Shown: one piece after another, positions 8,525 to 17,829 of the stretch
How positions within the stretch are numbered: position 1 is the stretch's first letter
Layout of the letters: each line of letters starts with the position of its first letter
From: Picochlorum sp. SENEW3
Lineage: Eukaryota
DNA length: 20,000 bases
Assembly: GCA_034226945.1 (NCBI GenBank)
Contig: CP120455.1
Span: 1,237,192-1,257,191, forward strand
Reading direction: 5' to 3'
Notes under the pieces: model-generated
Seen by the model: only the letters and a program-made list of their open reading frames with translations
Told to the model about the DNA's origin: nothing
The model's database searches: none
Position numbers and translations under genes: made by a program

Positions 8525-9940
8525 TTGGGGTCACTTTTCTGGTCGCGTGAGACATCTTCCTCGGGGTCTGTCGCTTTCAGCAGGCTTGTATATATAATAT
8601 CTCAAATGCCCTCTCCCGGATTTGCCATACTCGCGACGACCGACCAGATAGCGAGGGGTGGTTGAGAAGGCAGCTGCAACGCCCTTGGGGTCACTTTCCT
8701 GGTCGCGTGAGACATCTTCCTCGGGGTCTGTCGCTTTCAGCAGGCTTGTATATATAATATCTCAAATGCCCTCTCCCGGATTTGCCATACTCGCGACGAC
8801 CGACCAGATAGCGAGGGGTGGTTGAGAAGACCAGTGCAACGCCCTTGGGGTCACTTTTCTGGCCGCATGAGACATCTTCCTCGGGGTCTGTCGCTTTCAG
8901 CAGGCTTGTATATATAATATCTCAAATGCCCTCTCCCGGATTTGCCATACTCGCGACGACCGACCAGATAGCGAGGGGTGGTTGAGAAGACCAGTGCAAC
9001 GCCCTTGGGGTCACTTTTCTGGCCGCATGAGACATCTTCCTCTGGGTCTGTCGCATTCAGCAGGCTTGTATATATAATATCTCAAATGCCCTCTCCCGGA
9101 TTTGCCATACTCGCGACGACCGACCAGATAGCGAGGGGTGGTTGAGAAGGCAGCTGCAACGCCCTTGGGGTCACTTTTCTGGTCGCGTGGGAGGTCTTCC
9201 TCGGGGTCTGTCGCTTTCAGCAGGCTTGTATATATAATATCTCAAATGCCCTCTCCCGGATTTGCCATACTCGCGACGACCGACCAGATAGCGAGGGGTG
9301 GTTGAGAAGGCAGCTGCAACGCCCTTGGGGTCACTTTCCTGGTCGCGTGAGACATCTTCCTCGGGGTCTGTCGCTTTCAGCAGGCTTGTATATATAATAT
9401 CTCAAATGCCCTCTCCCGGATTTGCCATACTCGCGACGACCGACCAGATAGCGAGGGGTGGTTGAGAAGACCAGTGCAACGCCCTTGGGGTCACTTTTCT
9501 GGCCGCATGAGACATCTTCCTCGGGGTCTGTCGCTTTCAGCAGGCTTGTATATATAATATCTCAAATGCCCTCTCCCGGATTTGCCATACTCGCGACGAC
9601 CGACCAGATAGCGAGGGGTGGTTGAGAAGACCAGTGCAACGCCCTTGGGGTCACTTTTCTGGCCGCATGAGACATCTTCCTCGGGGTCTGTCGCTTTCAG
9701 CAGGCTTGTATATATAATATTTCAAATGCCCTCTCCCGGATTTGCCATACTCGCGACGACCGACCAGATAGCGAGGGGTGGTTGAGAAGGCAGCTGCAAC
9801 GCCCTTGGGGTCACTTTCCTGGTCGCGTGAGACATCTTCCTCTGGGTCTGTCGCTTTCAGCAGGCTTGTATATATAATATCTCAAATGCCCTCTCCCGGA
9901 TTTGCCATACTCGCGACGACCGACCAGATAGCGAGGGGTG
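8525..9940. repeat. 160-bp tandem satellite, ~8.85 near-identical copies
   Basis: CAGGCTTGTATATATAATAT recurs at 8581, 8741, 8901, 9061, 9221, 9381, 9541, 9701 and 9861: exact period 160 with no indels. Confidence 0.98.
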
Positions 9941-10139
9941 TGTCTGGGAGTCACTTTGCAACGCTTGGGATACGATTGTGGGCACGTGAGCACTATATCG
10001 TCGCGTCTATGGTGCTACTAAGCCTTATATGTATCCGAAAAACATATGCAAGGAGCCAGATGGAGCATTTACATGGCGAGGACCCACCTTGGCCATCGCA
10101 TGTTTTTGTAATGGTCCAGGAGTCAAAGCACAAGCAGTT

Positions 10140-11450
10140 GCCTCAGACTCGAAGGTTGAAAGCTCTCACCCGTGGTCTCCCGACTTTAGGCATTTCATAT
10201 CGACTTGATGAGAAGGAACTAGCAGTGTAAAGAGATTTCCCATTATCCCTTGCCGGCATTCGGAGTAGTAGTTCGCGTCGCATTCACCACCAATGTTCAC
10301 AACAGAATTCACAACAACCTCTGGGCAAAGCAACCCGCGTGAGTTTGATTGGAGAGCGCGCAGGAGTTTCTTGAAAGATATATCAATATAAGATACTAGA
10401 GGGTGGAAAACCTGGGAGAAGGAGGTCGTGGCTTGTTGGCACCGTTGTAATTGGTGTTGACATGACATTCCCGTGGAACGGTTGTTGTTGGAACCCTGTC
10501 GTGCTCCGTGGTGGTCAGTCGTCGGTTCTTTCGACTGATATATAATTTTAAAGCAATAATGATGCTCCTTCGTGCCCGTGGAGGACGACTCCAGGCCTGT
10601 GCTGGTCCCAACCGTCGCGACGCGATCGGAATGGACGACCGTCGGTTGGCGTGGAAACTGACGCGGTGACGACGGAGAGGACTCCTGAATGCTGTTTTAA
10701 TTATCTATTTATTCAATATGAATCACTATGGGGCACTGTTTGTTTGGCAGTGCGTGGCACCGCCTGGGCCAACGCGATGCCATGGCTCTGGAAGGTGGTG
10801 TCAACTTGGTCTGGAACAGTCGAGAGATAGCCGCAGTATGTTGGGTATGCACAACAATTATAGGACACCTTATACTGACGTATTCGGGCTGGTTCCTACA
10901 CGGCTTTTCCTACTTGTGTTGTGAGGACAACTCTCCACATGGGTACCACTATGCTTTTTTGTTCGTTCTCAACCCTTCGGTCCGACAAAGCCCCAGACCG
11001 TTAGCATGCGACCCGTAGAGTCGGGTCTGGCGAATGTCCGTAAACAAACACAATAAAAAAGTTGGACCAAGTTGAACTCCGGTCTCCTCGGACGTGGTGT
11101 TCATCCGTCAATGAAGACAATAAAAAAGGACGACCATGAGACCGCTCGGGCACACTCAGCGTGCTTTTTGGTGGCATGTTTTTCATTCTTCTTCCCATCC
11201 CATCACACAAGAGGTTTGACCGAGGATATGTCGTGGATTTTCTTGTTATTCACAGCTCTCTCCATCGAACACATATTTTGATGGGAGTGGATGTGGAGCA
11301 CACACACACAGCCAGCTGGTCGAGGAGGAGAGCTGTGACTCGCCTGCTTTCTTTGCAGCAACATAAACACGACGACATCTCCCTCATTCAAAGAAGCGTC
11401 GCAGTTATGTCCTACTATTCTAATTGCAACTCCTCATGAAGTCTAAGTAA
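10140..11450. repeat. ~1.3-kb core block (module A + module B), paralogous to ~13350-14650
   Basis: Colinear anchors CCGTGGT...CCGACTTTAGGCAT, GTTCGCGTCGCATTCACCA, CATGACATTCCCGTGGAACGGTTGTTGTTGGAACCCTGT, GGCAGTGCGTGGCACCGCCTGGGCCAACGCGATG and CCGTAAACAAACACAATAAAAAAGTT occur in both. Confidence 0.92.
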
Positions 11451-11509
11451 GACAATGTCATACTTTCCTCCAGCATTCAAGCAACATTACTCTAGTGCTT
11501 GCCACAGCT

Positions 11510-12540
11510 TGCTTGTTGTTGTTGTTGTGAAGGAGATGATATTATTATAACTCTTTCTCTATCTCACTTGTTGTCTGTGTAGGGTAGCTCCAGGTTGTTC
11601 TTCTTCTTGTGAGCATGAGACTTGTGTGCTTTGTTCTGTTCTGCTCTGTTATTATTGGTTGGTATTATTGCTCGTGTGGATTGTTGTGCATGTTATTATC
11701 ATTACTACTACTACTACTATTATGAGATATTTACTTGCTTCTCTTTTGATTGCTTTGCTTCTTTGTTTGTGTGTTGTTTAGTAGTAGTAGTAGTGGTGGT
11801 GCATGCTGGATGGTTGTTGATTTATTGTATTAAGGGACGTCTGACCGGGGATGTCGTGATTTCCTGTCATTCACAGATAGAAGTCGACGTTCAAGTACAT
11901 AAGTACGTACGCGTGCCTTGCATGATAAGATACTGAAAAACTCCAAAACCATTGGTGTGAGGTTGGTTACTCTAGTAGTGCTTGTTGTTATTGTTGTGAA
12001 ACAAAGACAATACTTTTTTCGTTCTTTCTCATTTCATTTCATGTCTTTTATTTATTTATTTATTTATTTTCATATATTATACTACTACTACTATTACTAT
12101 TACACCTCTCTCTCTCAATCTCTCAGATGTTGTCTGTGAGTCTATCCTATCTCTCTCCAGGTTGTTCTCTTCTCTTGTTGTGTGTTTGGTTCTGTTGTGT
12201 CCTGTTCCTGTTATTGTTGGTTGCTTGGTCGTGTCGATTGTTGTTGTGTATGTTCTTATCATTATCATTATCAATGCGGAGTATTATGAGCTATTTTCTT
12301 TCGATTGCTTTGCGTCGTCTTTGTTGGTCTGCTGTTTCTTTTGGTGTAGTAGGAGGAGCAGATCTTGTTGTGTGCCGTGTTTTTTTAGTGTTTGTTGCTG
12401 TATATATAAGGGTGCTTCTTATTATAATTCTTCTTCTTTCATATGTTGTCTATATTGTTGTTTTGGTTGGTGTGTGTTTTTTTTGGTTAGGGTATTTTGG
12501 TCTTGTTGGGGTTGTTTTTTTTGGATTTATTTTGGATTTT
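11510..12540. repeat. G/T-skewed low-complexity tail of unit II; ~11967-12541 is nearly identical to ~17813-18378
   Basis: Long identical stretches; the spurious ORFs 12077..12274 and 17913..18110 translate identically. Confidence 0.9.
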
Positions 12541-12780
12541 TCCGAGTGGGTCCGTCGCATCTCGCACGCGGGCCGCGGGGCCCTGGGCGAGGCGGTCGCG
12601 CTCCTCCGGTCCGACCGGCCCTTCGACCGGGCCTCTCGATCCACTCCAGAGGACGCGGCGGACGATTAGGGCAATGGGCCCTCGCGAGCTCCTTAGGGTA
12701 TTTTCGGCGGTCGAGGGCCCCCAACGCCGCCTGGCTGGCCGTTTTTTCGCCTCCTCGCCATCCTCGCCGCATTTCCGGAT
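12541..12780. repeat. GC-rich terminal module of the composite unit, copy 1
   Basis: Begins abruptly with TCCGAGTGGGTC. Close paralog at 19769-20000 and diverged paralog at 15652-~15850. Confidence 0.9.
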
Positions 12781-13355
12781 ATATGCGGTCCCTGTGGAGG
12801 GGCGGGACGGGGTCCACCAGGCGATGGCGAGGCTGCAGCTCTGCACAAAGTTTTTTCCAGTCGCACACGTCCCAGAGTCGAGCGCTCTGCAGCGCCTGTG
12901 AGGTCCTGTGAGGTCCTTCTCGATGTCCTCGCCGCATTTCGAGACATACAAAATACCTATGGAGGGGCGGGACGGGGTCCACCAGGCGATGGCGAGGCTG
13001 CAGCTCTGCACAAAGTTTTTTCCAGTCGCACACGTCCCAGAGTCGAGCGCTCTGCAGCGCCTGTGAGGTCCTGTGAGGTCCTTCTCGATGTCCTCGCCGC
13101 ATTTCGAGACATACAAAATACCTATGGAGGGGACGGATGGGGTCTATCACGCGATGGCGAGCCTGCAGCTTTGCACAAAGTGTGCAATTCGCACATGTCC
13201 CAAGGCGGAGTGTCATCCAGTGCCTGTGAGGTCCTTCTTGGCATCCTCGCCGCATTTCGAGACATATACGATACCTATGGAGGGGATGGATGGGGTCTTT
13301 GATGGGATGATGAGCCTGCAGCTCTGCACAAAGTGTCCAATTCGAACATGTCCCA
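12761..13355. repeat. 165-bp tandem minisatellite, ~3.7 copies (periods 165, 165, 153)
   Basis: TCCTCGCCGCATTTC at 12761, 12926, 13091 and 13244; (C/T)TGCACAAAG at 12841, 13006, 13171 and 13324. Confidence 0.95.
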
Positions 13356-14650
13356 GACAGGAAGGCTGAGAGCTTTTACCCGTGGTTTGCCGACTTTAGG
13401 CATCTCGTATGGACTTCATGAGAAGAACTAGCGGTGTAAAGAGCTTTCCCATCATCCCTTGCCAGCAGCAGTAGGCGAGTTCGCGTCGCATTCACCAACG
13501 TTCACAACAGAATTCGCAACAACCTCTGAACAAAGCAACGCGTGTGACTTTGATTGCTGGAGGGAGAACTATATATTAACATAAGATAGAGGGTGGGAGC
13601 CACTAGGACAAGAGTTCGTGGCCTGTTGGCACCGTTGCGAGTGTTGTCATGACATTCCCGTGGAACGGTTGTTGTTGGAACCCTGTTGTGCTCCGTGGTG
13701 GTCGGCCATTCGCTCTTTTGACTAATATGTATTTTTAAAGCAAGAATGACGCTCCTTCATATCAGCGGAGGACGACTCCAGGCCTGTGCTAGTCCCAACC
13801 GTCGCGACGCGAATGGAATCGACGACCGTCGGTTGGCGTGGAAACCGACGCGGTGACGACGGAGGGACTCCTGAATGCGGTTTTAATTATCCATTCCATT
13901 CAATATTAATGAACCCCACTGTGAGGCACCGTTTCTTCGGCAGTGCGTGGCACCGCCTGGGCCAACGCGATGTCATGGCTCTGTGGAAGGTGGTGTCAAC
14001 TTGGTATGGAACAGTCGAAAGATAGCCGCACTATGTTGCATATGCACAACAATCATAGGAAGGGACACCTTATACTGACCTATCCGGGCTGGTTCTTACA
14101 CACGGCTTTTCCTTCTTGTGTTGTGAGGACAACTCCTAGGAGGAGGAGGAGGAGCAACCTCACATGCTTCTCAGCTCGTTCTCAACCCTTCGGTCCGACA
14201 AAGCCACAGACCGTTGGCAATGGTGAATTTCCGTAAACAAACACAATAAAAAAGTTGAACCAAGTTGAACCTCGATCTCCTCGGACGTGGTGTTCGTCCG
14301 TAAATGAGGACAATAAAAAATGACGACCATGGGCCAGCCCACACGCTTTAAACCGCTCGGCCACACTCAGCGTGCTTTTTTCATCTCCCATCACAAGAGA
14401 CGTTTGACCGATGATGATGGGTATGGTAGTTTCACTTTTGGTGTTTCTTTTTCCTCCTATCGAAGACCTCTTCTGATGGGAGTGCCTGGATATGTGGAGC
14501 ACACACACACAGGTGGAGAGGAGGATAGCTGTGGAGCAGTCTCTAAACACGACGAGATCTTACCCAAAGAAGCGTCGCAATTGTATATATATATATATAT
14601 TACTACTATCCTACTATGCTCATTGCAACACGTGAAGTATGAGTAATTAA
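13350..14650. repeat. ~1.3-kb core block (module A + module B), paralogous to ~10140-11450
   Basis: Same colinear anchors as the 10140-11450 copy. Confidence 0.92.
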
Positions 14651-14729
14651 GTAAGCGTTCCATGTATGATGATGATATTGAAATACTCAAGCATTGGTGC
14701 AACGTTACTCCAGTGCTTGCCTCAGCTTG

Positions 14730-15651
14730 CTTCTTGTTGTTGTTGTTGTTGTTGTTGTTGTGAAAAAAAGACAATACTTTTTTCATTCTTTCTTGTCTCA
14801 TGTCTTTTCACATACTTCTTCTTGTACCTCTCTCTATCTCATATCTTGTCTGTGAGTCTATCTCCAGGTTCTTATCTTCTTGTTGTGTGTGTGTATTTGT
14901 GTTTCCTCCTGTTATTATTGGCTGCTTGCTCATATCGATTGTTGTTGTACATGTTAGTATGATTATTACTATTTCTCTAACTAGTAGTAACTGGTATGAG
15001 ATAGTATCTTCTTTTGATTGCTTTGCTTTGTTGGTGTGTTCTCTTGTGTTGTAGTAGCAGTAGCAGAGCTTGTGGTGTGTGTTGTCAGAGTTGTTGTTTC
15101 AGGTGGTGTGCGACGCTTTGGTGAGTGCTATTTTTTTTGCTATACAACACCCTTTTTATTTTGTGTATTGGTTTGGTTGGTATATTTTTGGTGGAGGTCC
15201 CAGTCAAGTCAAGGGGTGGTGATGGGAAGATCGCCATTCTTCTTGTTCCGAGATGCTCCCTCTTCTTCTTCAGACAGTCCACCAGACCTGTTTGTTGTTT
15301 TGCCCTGGTTGTGCGACGTTTTCTTTACTGATGGGTGTTTATTATTCTTATTTAAATTGGTACTCTTCTTCTTACTTACTTACTTAATATTGTGTCCTTC
15401 TGTTGTTGTTGTTGCTGTTGTGAAGAAGAAGACAGAGATTCTTTTCATTCATGCATAGCATAGTATAGTATAGATTGTTGTTGTGTCATTATGATTATTA
15501 TGAGATTTGTATCTTTTGATTTTGGTTTTGCTTTGCTTTGCTTTTGTGTTGGTTGCTGTTGTTGTTGTCTTCTCTTGTTGTTGTAGTAGTAGTAGTAGGA
15601 GGAGGAGCAGCAGTCGTAGCAGAGCTTGTGGTGTGCCGTGTCTTTTGTTGT
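14730..15651. repeat. G/T-skewed low-complexity tail of unit III, truncated at 15651
   Basis: Colinear with the 7280-8493 tail up to GTGCCGTGTCTTTTGTTGTT, then switches to the GC-rich module. Confidence 0.88.
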
Positions 15652-15850
15652 TCCGAGTGGGTCGGGGACTTTTCGCCGACGGGACGCGGGAGGGTCGCCT
15701 TCCGGCCCGGTCCGATCGGGCCTCCGACCGCACCTCGCGATCGATCTGAACAACGGTTAGGGCAATGCTCCTCGCGGAGCACTTAGGGTTTTCGCGACGG
15801 CCCGTCGGGCCCCGAGGCCGCCCCCGCCCCGGGTTTCCACCCCCTCTCCG
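15652..15850. repeat. GC-rich terminal module, diverged copy 2
   Basis: TCCGAGTGGGTC start, CCGGTCCGA.CGG, TTAGGGCAATG..CCTCGCG..GC..TTAGGGT and downstream GGGCCCC..GCCGCC are shared with 12541 and 19769. Confidence 0.8.
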
Positions 15851-16384
15851 GCCCGTACACTTTTTCACATCCAAACGGTTGGCTGGGGCCGGCCGGCGAT
15901 CCCTGATTGTCCCCCACCCAGCCTCCAGCGTGTTTTGAAAATTTTCTGTCAGCGCACGGATGGCCACCTGCGCCCCCTCTGGCACGCGTGCGCCCCATTC
16001 GGCCCGCCCTGATCGCTGTGGCACATCCCCACCACGGCATGGATGCTAGATCGCCCGCCAGCAGGGGGCGGGGGGCGACTCACGAAGCCAACAGAAGGGA
16101 TTTGCACCGCCACCCTCCTCCCTGCTGCTGGGACATGGTTTTCCCCCGCGCGAGGGGGTATTTTTTGGGGGGAGAGATGTGACATTCGAGCATCTTGTAT
16201 GGGTAGGTAACCCAGGGATCCACGAGAAGGAATGCTTGATTGCTGTGTTTCAGTCACCCCCCTCCACAGCAGCAGCATTGCCTTCTGCCATCAAATACCA
16301 CCTCCTCCCAAGCCTTGGAGCCTTTCCAGTGCACCCGAGTGTCCCCGTCGAGCTCGCTTTGATATTTATATTACGATTGGGATC

Positions 16385-16965
16385 ATTGACAACCAGCAGC
16401 ACGACAAGGAGGTCCTGGACGGCGGGGGTCCGTTGTGACTGTTGTCATGACATTCCCGTGGGACAGGTTGTTTGGACGCTCTTGCGCTCCGTGATTGTCG
16501 CCCATCGGCTCTTTAGACTGGAACATATTTCTAAAGCAAGAATGACGCTGCTTCATGCCAATGGACAGACGATTCCGGGCGTGTTCGTCCCAACCGTCGC
16601 GACGCGATCGGAATCGACGACCATTCGGTTGGTGAGATCCATTCGACTCGACACCTGCTGTACTGAAATGGCTCTTAAGTATTGTTCTGAGATAATTGAA
16701 AACCAGAAGCACGACAAGGAGGTCCTCGACGGCTGGGTCCGTTGCGAGTGTTGTCATGACATTCCCGTGGGACGGGTTGTTGTTGGAACGCTGTTGCGCT
16801 CCGTGGTGATCGGCCATTCGATCATTTGACTCATATGTAATTTAAACGTAAGAATGACGCTGCATCATGCCCACAAAGGAACGATTCTGGGCGTGTTCGT
16901 CCCAACCGTCGCGACGCGATCGGAGTGGACCAACGTCGGTTGGTGAGATCCATTCGACGCGGCGC
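16385..16965. repeat. Tandem pair of ~310-bp 'module A' cassettes
   Basis: ACGACAAGGAGGTCCT at 16401 and 16711; GTTGTCATGACATTCCCGTGGGAC at 16441 and 16750; CCCAACCGTCGCGACGCGATCGGA at 16589 and 16901. Confidence 0.92.
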
Positions 16966-17829
16966 TGACGTTAAAAACCCTTAAATATGTTTTGACTCGT
17001 TTTTCCAATCATCCATTACCAACAACCAATGCTATGCACTGCCGGTGGGTGGCAAGGGCGTGGGACCACCGAGGCCACATGATGTGTGTTGTCATGGCTC
17101 GGCAACGAGCCTCGCTCAGCGAGGGTATTCAGGGTCGGAAGGTACCCTAGAGAGGATACAAGGAGGAAGAGGCTGCAAGGCGGGTCTTATAGATCACCTC
17201 CCGGCGAGCTTCCAGCGCTTTTTTCACTCAATGTCTGTTGTCGCATGTGTGCAAGAAGGTGAGTACGTTTTCTGGTTTGGGCCACATCTGCCGTCCTACC
17301 AAGTGTTCTATGTATCCAAACAAACTATCCAAGGTGCCAAATGGTGCATTTATATAGCAAGGACAGCAGCGATGAGGTCAGCCATGTTTTTTCTTTTTCA
17401 GGCGTGTCCGTCCGTAAATGAGGACAATAAAAAAGGACGACCATGGGCCAGAGAGCCCACCCGCTTTCACCGCTCGGCCACACTCAGCGTGCCTTTTTTA
17501 TCTCCCATCACAAGGGAGGTTTGACCGAGCGGATATCATCGTGATGTTTATTCACAGCTCTCCCCATCCAAGACCTCGTCTGATGGGGAAAAAAGCCTGG
17601 GTGTGGAGCACACAGCGAAGCCAGGAGGAAAAAGAGGGGAGAGCTGTGGAGCAGTCTTTAAACACGACGACATCTTCCCCAAAGAAGCGTCGCAATTGTT
17701 GTATCTATATATTACTATCCTACTATGCTCATTACAACACATGAAGTGTAAGTAAGACAATGTGCCATGCATACTGATGATACTGAGATGATTGCTCCAG
17801 CATTCGTGCAACGTTACTCTAGTGCTTGC

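Noticed and set aside
8525..9940. CRISPR array
   Set aside because: Monomers are near-identical over their whole length with no unique spacers; the context is eukaryotic and there are no cas genes.
8525..9940. 5S rRNA, tRNA or hammerhead ribozyme tandem array
   Set aside because: No 5S or tRNA consensus is recognisable. Minus-strand CTGCTGA is not the CTGANGA core and lacks a correctly placed stem II plus GAAA.
12541..13355. rDNA intergenic spacer with subrepeats
   Set aside because: GC-rich subrepeats are superficially similar, but no 18S, 5.8S or 28S sequence occurs between successive units.
16057..16072. CTCF-like motif CCAGCAGGGGGCG
   Set aside because: CTCF is restricted to bilaterian animals; a chance match in GC-rich DNA is more likely.
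16179..16829. 216-aa ORF with repeated RC(D/E)CCHDIPVG motif as a functional gene
   Set aside because: It spans the tandem module-A pair. A 1-bp indel separates the copies upstream of the motif, and paralogs at ~10460 and ~13645 are frameshifted. At most a relic.
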